A DNA stretch of 63,138 nucleotides, filler included, from Intoshia linei (lineage: Eukaryota > Animalia > Orthonectida): the NCBI GenBank assembly GCA_001642005.1. It is 5 parts of 5 records of this genome, joined end to end, with 100 filler letters (N's around TTAATTAATTAA, not from the genome) between each part and the next. Parts side by side here need not be neighbours in the genome. Positions count along the whole stretch, not along the records: positions 1 to 20,977 come from LWCA01000661.1; 4 more parts are not named here. The stretch is one strand, 5' to 3'. Shown here in pieces: positions 1-12,800 of this stretch. A program made the position numbers and the translations under genes. Position 1 is the first letter of the stretch. Every line of letters starts with the position of its first letter. The notes below the pieces were generated by a model. The model had not been told where the DNA came from and searched no databases. It saw only the letters and a program-made list of their open reading frames with translations.

Positions 1-194
1 TTAATAAAAATTAATAATAGTATGGATAATTACAATTATTTTTAATGTTATGTAAATTTTTGTAATTTATAATGTTGAATTTTTTAGGTCGAAAATAACA
101 CTAAAAAATTTAAATAGACAAACATTTATTAAAAAGACGAAAGTATTAATAGTTTTATCATAGAATCATGGCACATTTTATAATAACTATTTAT

Positions 195-3100
195 TTACAT
201 TGATTTAGAAGGCGATGAACATAAAGGATTTTGATTATCAACGGGTGTACTGGAGTTGATTTCAGAGGTAGAATTTTCTTGGCATAAATCAGTGATTTCG
301 GCACAATATCGGTCAATAATGGATAAAACAGACATAATTGCCGGTGTTCCGTATCCATGTGTTAAACGGTCATAATCAGTGAAAATATTTTGTGGTGTTA
401 GACTAGAAGAGCAAATATTTGTTGATCCGTCTTGTTGATCTTGTTTAAAGATATTCATCATTTCTTGTAATAATTCTCTAATTAAAACTAATAATTATTT
501 CACTATATCGATACCTAGTATGAATACTTTTTGTTTTTAGTCTAATTTTTTCTTCAACAGTAGAGTATGGTTTAACATGATATTGAGCAAACATTTTGCA
601 AGGAAAAGCGGTATCATTTAAATAACTCCAATCTCGTGCAAATCTGATGGCTTCACCTAAAACCAATCAATTAACATCATAAACTTAATTAAGCGTTTAT
701 AAAAAGACTTGAAAACAAACCTTCGACAAGAGAAGTAAATAAAGTAACTGGAGCAGCTTTTCTACGACCCGCTGCGATAGATAATCCAATATTTTCCAGC
801 TCTTTTCTTAAAAATTTTCCACCGTTTTTCGATTTTGCTCTAAATTAGATTTAAAAATTTAACATTTCAAATAAATTTGCCCACAGGCACTCAAATATTA
901 ACGCTCATCATGTTTTATATATTGTATAATTGCGCCATGCATTAATATTTTAATTATTTTCCACATACTTGGAAATTTTCAAGTTTATTTGCTCATTGAA
1001 CCCAATTTAATGTAATTGTTGGTCAAATAAATTGTAAATATTTAAATTTTGTTTATACATTTTGTAGTTTGAACTAAATTTTGCATGATAAATACCTTCT
1101 TAAAACTCCACCAAGTAAAGATGCATTTAAACATTCTGGAGGGGAAAGTCTGCGTTGTATTTCACCAACGTTCACTTTATATTTTGAAGTTGAACTTAAT
1201 AATGACATGCGACCTGGAACTGTACAAAATGTATCATTTGGACTAGTTTTTTCGTTTAAAATTAAACAATGAGATTTTGTATTTTTCTTGGTCAAGGCTA
1301 TACATTTTAATTTAAAAATCATTAAAATTGAACAATTTTACCTCCATCTCGTTTCATATAAGGACAATTGTTTTTGATATGATCTTTTGGCATTCTAATA
1401 TTATCAAAATGCATCTATTAAATGTAAATTAGATTATAATAATTAGTGCATTAAAAGTTATATATTTAATATATAAATAAGAATAAAATCATCCGGAAAA
1501 TCAATTTAACTTGATAATGTAAGAATAAATACATAACCTGTGACATCCGGTCTAGTCCGCCAAATGGAGGCATGTTTTGCATTGGCATTGGGTATTGCGA
1601 CATTGAATTTGTAAAATTTACATTGTAATCATTACAATTTGGATTAAAACTATTTGATCCTACAGGGATTCGCCATTTATCATTATTTTTGAATTGCTCA
1701 TTCTTTGGTATACCAAGGGGGAAATTTGGTGGAATTTGTGAAAATTCATCTAAACATTATATTAAACATTTTAAGTGGGTTTGTGTAATCTTTTAAACAT
1801 TTCTCAGCAAAAATGGCCGTTTTAGAGAGTTAGAGAGTCGCTGGTGATCAGCTCACTGCAAAGTCGCAAATATTTTGAATTATAGTCAAAGTACATGTGG
1901 ACCCTTGGTTCATGTGTACATGTCAACGGCAGTTTTTTGGGTCTATAAAAAAAATTTATAATTAAATTATTCACAGGAATAAAATAAAGTGAAAAATTAT
2001 ATTTCCGCAATAATAGTAATTATTTCTAATTACGCCATCTAATTTAATATCTATTATTAAAAATTTACAATAATTTATAAAAAACGTAATAAATTTACAT
2101 TTACTTAGTAAAAAAATGAAATGAGCAATTGAGATTTTGTTTATGATAGTCAATAAAAATAGAGTATAGAGCAGAGGTTGGCAATCAATGACCCGCGGGC
2201 CAAAAGTGGCCTACAGAATAATTTTAGTGAACCTTAAAGTAAATATGTAAATTATTTTATAAATTATGACTAGAACCATTTTTCTTCAGTTAAAGGTGAA
2301 ATGTATCATGTGTAAATTTTTGAAAACGGGTCTCGTATAATTTATTGATATAAAAAGTTGCCACGAGACGAAAAAAATTGCCACCCCTCATATAGAACTT
2401 TATAGATAAAATTTTTATTAGCAAAATTTTTGGTTCATATATATTCGTTACAAAATAATAATTTCCGTTAACATGAAATTTTTACCGTTAAAATGAAATT
2501 TCCGTTATTATAAATTGAATTAATAAGGACTTAGACTGTATAATTACAATTTAAAAAGAATACTGAGCATAGTAAAATTTCATAAAAAAATACATCGGTA
2601 TGTATGTGAAACATACAATTATTATCTATTTATTGACAATTCAAAAAGCTTCTATTCAAATTTCAATTTCTGAATAAAAATTTGATTTTAGAAAATTACA
2701 AATAAAAAAGTTTGTTATTTTTAAATACATTTTTATATTTGTATAATAAAACCACCAATCTAGACCAAAATCAGGCATTCAAAATTTTTGTTAACAATAC
2801 AATGTAGAACCAATTCTAAGAAACGACCAACAATTTTTAATGTATTAATATAAAAATACATTTTATTATGAGTTTTAAAAGAAAAATTTAACTTAAAACT
2901 CTATGGATCCATTATTCCATTTAAACGTTTTCTAGACCCCTTAAATATTTATAAAGCATATTTTAAATATAGTGAATATTTAGTAGATTAACGCTTAGAT
3001 AATAATAAAAAGTCAATTTAGAAAAGGCTAATTTCGCAGGTTGAAACTTTGTTTTATAATTCTCACTAAAAAGGTTTATACTATACATTTAAAATTGGAA

Positions 3101-4418
3101 CAATATATGAGGTGTTTGTACTGATGTTGTACCAGATATGCTTGGATCAATATCCGGGTTTCAGGTAAAAATAAAAAAAAAAGTTGCTGGTGTTAAAGGG
3201 TAAATTTATCATTAATTTAAAGTAATTTTATATTTTTAATTATTATAAATAATTTTTTTAGATTGAAAAAATTTCAAATTTATTAAAAGTATGTAATATA
3301 ATACATTTATTTTAATCTGTTTTGAAACTTTTTATAAAACAAGAATTAACATGTAAGTAAAGTTAATATTTAAAATATAAAAAAAAATCGTTTGTTCGTA
3401 ATAAAGAGAAGAATTAGCGAGGTATAAAAGGTTGAGAACCACTGTTTTATAGTTTTTAATATAATTTAATATTTAACGAATTTAAATATTTTGGTTGACC
3501 AGGGCTTCAAATTCTCCTGGTAATTTCAGTTCTCTCCGTAAAGATGCAAATTTCTTGAACTGAAATTTGTGATAAAAATCTAACTAGACAAAACTGTATA
3601 TGATACATATTACAATAAGTGAATGATAAATTTGATAATAATAAATAAACAAACATTATATTTTAATCATAATATTGGTATTATCATGTTTTAGACCTAA
3701 GTATTAAAAACTATTTCGGGATCCTAGAAAATTAAACGGACTCTCAGGGTCCGCGGACGATTTAAACTCTTTCATTTTTCGTCGAAAATTAGACCAGAAT
3801 GCGGCATCATCGACATTGAAAAACTAAATCAAATTTGAATTAAATTATCCGTCTTAAACTAAAACTTAGACTAACTTAGTGAATCTTTTAGATAATGCGT
3901 CAAAATATACACAATATACAAAACATTTTAAATGTATCCATTCGAATAATTGATACATAACAATTTTAAATTTGTTATATTTAGCTGTGAGGTTAATCGT
4001 ACAATGTAAAACTAACTACAATGACAAAAAGGTCATATTTAATTTTTGTATCTACATGTAATTGCAAATAAAATTGAATTTTTAAAGTTGTTTGATTAAT
4101 TATTTGTAAAATAAATTATATAATCCATATAACGATAAAATTTGCAAAATTACTTTGATTATGACATAAATTTCTAGAAGAATTATTAAAATATTGTGGT
4201 ATTTCTAAATCAGGTTTAAATGCATTTCTAGAATGGATTGGATATCCAAAAGGAGAAGAATAATTTGAATTTTGTAAATTTGTTCCACTAAACCTTTCAA
4301 TAGATTCTGAATTTGCAAATTTATAATCTGAAAAATTGGCATATTGGTTTTTCAGGTATTTATTTGGAGGTTGGTAATTTCCACTTTCATCCTTACATTT
4401 TTTTGTAACATCATTCAT
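195..4418 (-). CDS. TFAP2: AP-2 family transcription factor, paralogue A (7 exons: 4154-4418, 1538-1749, 1342-1414, 1096-1297, 721-839, 515-656, 195-477)
   Basis: The spliced translation contains the AP-2 basic/helix-span-helix signature [52 protein letters not shown]...[19 protein letters not shown]...LTHGYG. All introns are GT-AG and phase-compatible. Confidence 0.93.
1890..2538 (-). mobile_element. pogo/Tigger-like MITE (family with CAGTCTAAGTCCTTATTAA terminus), partial, carrying a nested hAT MITE
   Basis: The terminus TAATAAGGACTTAGACTG|TA lies at 2521-2540, and the body is homologous to 6018-6516 and 48851-48985. The left boundary is approximate. Confidence 0.65.
2172..2389 (+). mobile_element. 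hAT (Charlie/Buster-like) MITE
   Basis: Imperfect TIRs CAGAGGTTGGCAA...TTGCCACCCCTC with a degenerate 8-bp TSD GTATAGAG/ATATAGAA. Homologous to 39784-40086. Confidence 0.7.
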
Positions 4419-4574
4419 ATTACTAAATTTATCATTGTATATTTTTAATTTCAAAAATTGCATTTGAAATAGTCTATGAATGTGTTTATATTATAAATCA
4501 AACTTTTAAAAATATACACAAATGACACATTGTAAATTTTATAAATGTCAACTGGACAATGATTAAGTTATTTA

Positions 4575-4583
4575 GCCTTGGGC
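4575..4583. promoter_or_regulatory. Candidate AP-2 binding site GCCTTGGGC upstream of TFAP2-A
   Basis: Exact GCCNNNGGC consensus ~157 bp upstream of the ATG, conserved in paralogue B as GCCTTAGGC. Confidence 0.5.
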
Positions 4584-5593
4584 ATAATTCATCATTTTTA
4601 TACGTATATTTTCAAAAAACTGAATTTTTTCAATTGGCCGAAAACGTTTAGACATTTTTATTACCAATTTTTAACGAAACCGTCAAAAAAACGAAAAAAT
4701 CGGTTCCAATTCAATAAAAAACACATAACTCACTTTATTAAAAAAAATGTGGTGATTTAATTATTGTCGACTATATCCAGCACATATTAGAAATTATACC
4801 TTAATTGTTTATATCTTTTCATCTTACCGTTTCAGGGTATTTTCAAATAAAACTAGCAATTTAAAATTTAATAATTGTGTATAAATTAATTTTGATAATT
4901 TAAAATGAAAAGTTTGTTGATTAATTCAAAGTTGTATTTACAAAATATTCTTATACTTGTATTCAGCCTCGGGAATAAGGTTAATCCGCCTCTAGGATGG
5001 ATACATTATTTCCAGCCTAAAGCTATTTTTAAATATGAGGCGTGGTTTCTTTCATAAATCATAATTAAGAAGAGATAATGATTTCTGATCCAATAAGATG
5101 TTAGTCGTTGAATAAAATACATGATATCAAATTTTGTCATATATATACATGTTTTAATCGTACGGTATAGTTATTACAATTGTTAAATTTGACACTTAAA
5201 TTTTGTTTATATGCATGTTAATTGTATGTTAATTTTTATACTTGAAGAATTTAATATCGTGCGCAACATACAATTATAAATTCTTCTATTATTCAAATTT
5301 GTATTGTAAATGACAATATATTTGTTTATTTTGTAATATATTTTGCTTTATATTCCTTTTATTTTTGTTGATCTAGTAAACAACGAGATAATTACTGAAA
5401 CGACTAATCTATAGAAATTACAGATAAATCAATAATTACCGTCAGATTAAAAGAACAATTATCAATATTTCAATACCGGTAAAATATACCAAAAATTAAA
5501 TAATGCAACATGATAATAACTGTACTGTAGGTTATATTAATAATGAAAAAATTGATATACAAGTACAAATAAATGTAAATTATTATATTACAT

Positions 5594-5960
5594 ATCTTAA
5601 CTTATATAACGATTTTTTTTTGTCCGTTTGTCTGTGTGTTATCGTTTATTTATTTTAATAACAAAAACTTGTAGAATTTTAACAAACACAAATTCCAGGT
5701 CAGATTTTTCCGTGAAAGAAAGTAAGATATATTTTAATTTCAGAAACTTACATCTCACCAGTCAAAACCTTCAATTATCTTTTTTTTGAAAATCAAACGA
5801 TTCTTAAAATTAAAAAAATTATACACTCTGATATATATTTTAAAATCATGACATTCTCATAAATTTCAATTTCACAAGGTTATATTTTCAGAACCAAAAC
5901 TACAATTATACTTCATACAGTTATCTCCAGTTAACACACACATACATTTTTGATTCCACT
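5594..5960 (+). mobile_element. Non-autonomous Helitron, 5' fragment
   Basis: Starts TCTTAACTTATATAAC and aligns by eye to the full copy at 12015-12636. Confidence 0.65.
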
Positions 5961-6017
5961 AAAAAATTACCTTAAATTGACATTAAAATATTATTTCAAA
6001 ATACTGTATAAGACTTA

Positions 6018-6516
6018 GACTCTAAGTCCTTATTAACGGAATTTTTGTTTGCGGAAATTTCATTTTAACGGAATTTTGAATTATTTATTTGTTCTTAACT
6101 AATTTGTATGAACCAAAAATTCCGTTAATACAAATTTTATCTATAAAGCTCTAGAATCTATTTTTAATGACTATCATAAATATAAACTAATTTCTTACTA
6201 ATTAAAAGTCAATTTATTACATTTTATATCAAATTTTTAATAGATATTAAATTAGATGGCGTAAACATTATTTTTAATGATAATTTTATTTTATTTTTGT
6301 AAATAATTTAAAATTTTTCAAGGACCCAAATAACTGCTGAAGACCCAGAAGTCCATATTGACCTCGTTGATAATGTTTGGTGTATATTACTTAATCATGT
6401 ATTATTCAAAAACTCATAATAACAAACAATATGACAATTTAATGGTTCTTATTTAAAAAAATTCAATATTAACGGAATTACGGAATTTTCATATCCGTTA
6501 ATAAGGACTTGAAATG
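6018..6516 (+). mobile_element. pogo/Tigger-like MITE
   Basis: TIR core AAGTCCTTATTAACGGA / TCCGTTAATAAGGACTT, flanked by TA on both sides. Confidence 0.7.
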
Positions 6517-6670
6517 TATCATGTAAATATGTTTAAATAAATTATAGAGATTAAATTAATTTGATATTTCAAAAAAATTTACAGGTAAAAATTTATGCGA
6601 TAAATTACCAATCCTAGTTATGATCAACTTAAAGAATTTCTAAGATGGGCATCGTTAATATTATAATGAT

Positions 6671-7490
6671 TAGTGATTGTGCCGAGAAAAAAATCGGGAC
6701 AAAATTCTCGAAATTTTTTCGATTTCCCGGGATTTCCCGTAAAAAATTGAGACATATCTGTATTTGATTTGTTTGCTATTACTATGAAAAAATGATTATA
6801 TTATAATATTTAAAATTTACCATTTCAAAAATACCATTTCAAGCCCTCATGGAAAAATTGACTTATTCTTTTCAAAAATCCGATTTTACGTTATCTTATG
6901 AAAAAAATCCACTTCATCAAACCACAAATAAAAAATCTAATTTTCTAGTCCTTAATGGAAAAATATCCTTTTTCCAATACTTTTTTTAAAAACCTCTTAT
7001 TTCAACCACAAATTACTAAAGCTTAAGGGAATTATCTTTTTTTTTCAATATTATTTTGAAAAATATTATGAGTTGTTACAAACTGGAACGCTATCATCAA
7101 AATTGTTAGAATTAAAGAAGCCCTTATGACCGTTCAACCTACGTCAACACAAAATGAAAGAAATTTTTAGTCTGCTTTTAATTTCGTTACAAAACGTAGA
7201 ACGCGTTTAAAAGACGAATCGATCAATATTATGTGTGTTTTAAAACGCTGTTTAAACAATCTAAAATAAATAAATTTTTTTCTAATTAAATTTGTAAATT
7301 TCAATCTAGATTTGTGTTATTTCATTAATTAAATTTCTTTTTGTTTCTATAATTAATTTAGGTCTAAATTTTTTAATGCTTTTATATTATATATGGATCA
7401 AAATTTTTTATTTTTTCTATGAAATTCCCGGGACCCGGGAAATTTAATTTTTAATTTCCCGGTTTTTAACTTTTGTCATTTCCCGGGATC
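6671..7490 (+). mobile_element. Non-autonomous hAT element (TAGTGATTGTG family), 3'-truncated
   Basis: Has the 5' TIR TAGTGATTGTG, CCCGGG subterminal repeats and a decayed hAT dimerisation-domain fragment. Homologous to 56798-57570. Confidence 0.8.
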
Positions 7491-7989
7491 TTCTTTTTTT
7501 TGATGTAATTCTAAGATGAAATCGTATTACGATCATCGTAATTCCCTACTGGTTTTTTGGAATTTTAGATATGCTTCAAGGTCCAAATTATAACTCATAT
7601 CTTCTGTTATGCATTGCTTGAAATTAACTTATTGTTTCATCATTTGATATGGTTTTTTGAAAAGTAATATCTGTTTAAAAATTAATTGTTTTAATTTTTT
7701 TAATATTATGAATTTCATTTGTAATATCAGATTTATTTTTAATTAGATTAAATAATTTTATCGATTTTTATTATTAAATTTTTCTATATGAATCACGTTT
7801 AGCAATTTTTTTTGTTTTAATGAAATTTCAGATTTTTCTAGACATGGTCCAATTTTTTATTAAATTTTATTATCAAATGATTATGTCTTGTATGTTTTTA
7901 AGATTTTTTTTCTGTTTTGAATGAAATTTTAGTTCAAAAAATATTTTCTAAAAATCCCTACTGAAAATTTAGTTCAAAAAAAATCTTAA

Positions 7990-8149
7990 AAATTAATTTC
8001 GATAACCAATGTGATTCCCAAGGGTTATTTTAATTTTTATATAACGAACGATCGATTAAGCAATGTATAGAGTTCCTAAATTAAAAAAAATTATAGGGAC
8101 CTACAATTTTCATTATATTAGGACTTACTGCTAGCTCTCCACGGCCCTG
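7990..8149 (-). mobile_element. hAT MITE fragment (CAGGGCCGTGGAGAG family)
   Basis: Terminus CTCTCCACGGCCCTG. The body is shared with 23870-24117, 30188-30423, 38490-38738 and 42880-43025. Confidence 0.6.
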
Positions 8150-9887
8150 ATCGGTAACCACTGGACTAGAGAAATATTGTAAAATTAGGCAAATTAGAGA
8201 GAATACTGTAGTTTTACTTTTTGTAATTTTAGTTTCTTTATTTAGCGAACAGCTAAACTTCATGTCGCGGGTAGCACTATTGACCAGTAGGATGCATTAT
8301 ATAAAATATAACCATTACACATGTACGCGTTTAGGTGAAAAAATAATGGGGATTTAAAATTGCTGAAGATTATTGATTATTCATGTTAAATAACTTAAAT
8401 AACACATCATTTCATAAAAAGTCGTAAATATTATTATAGTTATATTCTAGTATTTTCTATAATGTGGCTTCAGTGCAGTTAGTTATCTATTGATAAAAAA
8501 AAGAAACAAGTTGGATCAAAAGTCAAAAGTCACATAATCAAAAGAGGAGTCCTGCGTTTACAGATTACAAAAATGGTGTTTCAAATATAAAATCTTTAAA
8601 AAAACACCAAACTCAAAAATCACATTAATATATATGCATAAAAAAGTCTGTTAGGAATTACTATGGAAATATTTATTACAAATTATGTTGGGGCGTAGAA
8701 ATTTCGTAAAGATAAAAGTGGAGTATGACACTTAAAATGTTAGGGAACCTTGGTATACACAGTCTGACCTACCAAGATCCTCCATTTTCATCTGACTTTA
8801 ACCTCTTTTTTTCTGACTTTTTCAGTATTATTCCTGAGTTTGCCACTGCCTAATTATTTTTTTTTGGTTTAATTTTACAATTAATACTCTCTAAATATGA
8901 GAATTCAAGATTCCTTTTATAGCTATATGGAATAAATTGGAATACCCTTAGGATTACATAATATTTAATTAATAGTTTATTATAAAAATTAAATTGTAAA
9001 TTGTATAGAGTTAAATAAAAATTTCTAACTGTTTTTATTTACTGTTTAATAAACTTTAAATGGATGTAACGTTATAATTAGCGCTTCATATTACATAAAC
9101 CTCCAATAGATAACAAAGTTAAAGCATATGTCGATTTAAATAAACTTGTCTATTGTTTTTTACGATACCCCACTGTGTAGTAGAAATTTATAAGTTAAAA
9201 CAAATGTTCAAGAAATTTTTAATAATTATGTAGTTTATTATTACTATGAATATTTTTCTTGTAATTTTTATCATACATATTTGTTAAATAACCAAAAAAT
9301 TATAATAATGACATGCATTAAATTAGTAATAATATAAATATTTTTAAACGAAATTTGAGGCAGAAAATTTTGATTATTTCTTAAATTTTAGAGAATAGGG
9401 TGTCAAACTAAATTAACCGTAAAAGTATACAAATTGTTTAACTGTTGTAATAATATTACGATAATTGAAATGGTTTGAAATAAATGGCCATATTGATAGC
9501 CATATGTTAATTAATTAACTAATTGTTTTATTTTGAAACATACTCGATTATAACACATAAAAAATACGTTAAAAAAACACATTAAAATCTCAATGCTGTG
9601 ATTTAAAAAATAAATAATTAACATTTAAAGTTTATTTCATCTATAAAATGTTTCACTAGATTTTTATTTCCCCAGAGTATCAAAAGCAACCCATAATTTT
9701 CCAAGTTATAACTTGTTAATTACGACATATATCTATAATTTAAAATGCTAAAAGTAAAAATTTATTATCTATTAAAATTGAATGTTATATTTAAAATTTT
9801 AATTTTAATATTCTAATACATTTTTATGTATTATATTAATAAAATTATGGATATCAAGAATAATAACATTTAATAATAAACAAATAT

Positions 9888-12800
9888 TTACAATGATTTG
9901 GAAAAAGACGAACAAGAATGATTCTGATTATTAACGGTTATACTGGTGTCATTTTCAGAGGTAGCCTTTTTTTCACACAATTTAGTGATTTCTGCACAAT
10001 GTCGGTCTAAAATTGACAAAACTGACATAATTGCCGGTGATCCAAATCCATGTGTTAAAATATTATAATCCATGAGTATATTTTGTGTGGTAGGATTTGA
10101 AGTACAAACATTAGAACACTCTTTTAAATTATTCATCATTTCTTGTAAATATTTTCTAAATAAAAATATAAAAAATTTTTTATTCCCATACTGAATGTTT
10201 ATTATTTTTGTTTTAAGAGAAATTTTGTCTTCAATAGAAGAATATGGTTTAACTTTATTTTGGGCTAGAATTTTACAAGGAAATGAGCTATCATTTAAAT
10301 AAGTCCAATCTCGCGCAAGTCTGAGTGCTTCACCTAAAACCAATCAATCAATACCATTAATACCATTAACTTAATTAAGAGCATATAAAAAGATGAAAAC
10401 AAACCTTCGACAAGAGAAGTAAATAAAGTAACTGGAGCAACTTTTCTTCTACCCGCTGCGATAGATAATCCAATATTGTCCAGTTCTTTTCTTAAAAATT
10501 TTCCACCGTTTTTCGATTTTGCTCTAAATTGGATTTAAAAATTAAACATTTAAAGTAAATTTGCCCACAGGCATTCACATATTAACGGTGATCGTATTTT
10601 ATATTGTGTATAATTGCGCCACACATTAACATTTTAATTATTTTTAATGTACTTGGAAATTTTCAAGTTTATTTGCTCATTGAACCCAATTTAATGTACT
10701 GTTGGTCAAATAAAGTGTAAATATTCAACTTTTGTCTATAAATACATGATAAATACCTTCTTAAAACTCCGCCAAGTAAAGATGCATTTAAACATTCTGG
10801 ATGGGAAAGTCTGCGTTGTATTTCACCAACATTCACTTTATATTTTGAAGTTGAACTTAATAATGACATGCGACCTGGGACAGTAGAAAATGTATCATTT
10901 GGACTGATTTTTTCGTTTAAAATTAAACAATGAGATTTTGAATTTTTTTTGGTCAAGACTAAAAATTTTAATTAAAAAATGATTAAAATTGAAAAATTTT
11001 ACCTCCATTTGTTTTTGCATAATTCCAGTGATATTTTTGATTTGAATTGTCAGAATGTATCTATAATATTCAATTAAATTTAAATTAGAGTGTAATTATT
11101 CTACACATCAAAAGTCATGAACTCTATATTTGAAATTCGAAAAAGACAACCATCTGTTAAAAAAATGTAATTGAATTAAAAAATTTATTGAAATTTTAAA
11201 TAACCTGTGATATTCGGTCCAATCCTCCAAAAGGTATGAGTATATCTAGAAGCGTCAATGTTAATTTAATTTAATAAATATAATTTACTTTGATTATTTG
11301 CATTTGGTTTAAGAGAGGAATTGGATACTTGGTTTGTTTCTGGGTTATTTCCACTTATATAATCGTTTGAATTAAATTGAGAAAATTGATTACTTTCATA
11401 TTTATTAATTAGATTTAAATCAGAAGGTAAATTTGATGAAAGTTGTGAATATTCATCTAAAATTTTTCAGTTTACATGAATATCAATATAATATTCTTTT
11501 TGAGTAAGATTAATTAATAATTCCTTATTAATAGGGTTTCTTAACATATTTTTGCATCGTACAAAATTTGGGTACATAAAATATAGAGAAGCCGCATACA
11601 ATACTATTAAATTTACTACCTACTATTCTAAATTAATAGAAAATATGAAAATGATTTTAGTACTGTGGAACAAAAATTTTTTAATCTAGCAGGGTAATGC
11701 TGCAAAAAAGCTAAATAATGGATGGAGGAACTAAATTTTTTATAAAAAATTGCATGTAGCGAGTCTAGGATTTTCATTTAGCACGGATTCCCTGTAAGCT
11801 CTCCACGACCCTGGTATTAAAGCGGTTATACCATCTGTGTATCCATAATCCTTCATGAAAAGTTACACATTCCAAAGAATTAAAATACAATTTTTGGTGG
11901 TCTCCATGAAACCTTGAATAATTTCAAAATTTCATGAACGACAAATATATTTTATTATCCCAGAGTTTATATGGGATGACATTGCGATATCTGGTGTATG
12001 GTAAAATATGTTAATCCTAACTTATATAACATGCTACGCGATTTTTGTGTGTGTTACGTTTTATTTAAATAACTTCCCGTCTTAGAATTTATAAAGTCCA
12101 TATTTCAATTACAGTTTTTTACGGGACATATAATAAGATAAATTTCAACCTTCCAAACTCACATCTTACGGGTCAAAAACTCCCATTGTCATTTTTTTTT
12201 GAAAATTAAACTAGTTGGAGAATTTAAAAAAATATATACGCTGATACGGATTTTAAAATCATAAAAATTATATCTTCAGGGCAAAAACCCCAAATTACCC
12301 TTCTTTTTTAAATGAAAACAGCCCTAAAATTTAAAAAAAAATTACAGGTGGTACAGTTGGTTCCTGTTAACACACACAAAAAATTTCAATCCAAATAAGT
12401 GACGACTTCACAAAAAAAATTAAGATAGAATAATTCACTTTAAAGTAAAAAGTAATGTAATATGATGGTTCCATTTGAAACAAATTTGGGAACCACTCCT
12501 TTATAAGATTGATAATAGTGAATGGTAGTATATTTAAGTTAGATTTTCAACGTGAATTTATTTTTTAAGTATAATAAAAATGTGCCTTCAGCAGAGCTAG
12601 GACCTGATTGTGGGTATTACATAACAGTCAACCTAGTATAAATATATTATCTTGCGTTTTTTATTTTGGGATTAAATTAATTGTTAATTTGGATTGCGCG
12701 GTTAATAAAAATTAGTAAAATTCTTATTTAGATTGAAATTATTCTTATTTACATGTTAGTATCTGAAATATATACTCAATTCTGTTATAGCTAAACGATC

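Noticed and set aside
1081-1272. Plus-strand ORF over TFAP2-A, and similar ORFs at 21595, 26700, 40523 and 51746
   Set aside because: These are antisense shadows of real exons on the opposite strand.
3083-3112. ATACATTTAAAATTGGAACAATA resembling U6 snRNA
   Set aside because: There is no ACAGAGA box, AGC triad or flanking stems, so this is a chance AT-rich match.
4419-4463. Upstream in-frame ATG extending TFAP2-A (MQFLKLK...)
   Set aside because: It is not conserved in paralogue B (ATA at that position), so the shared MNDVTKK start was used.
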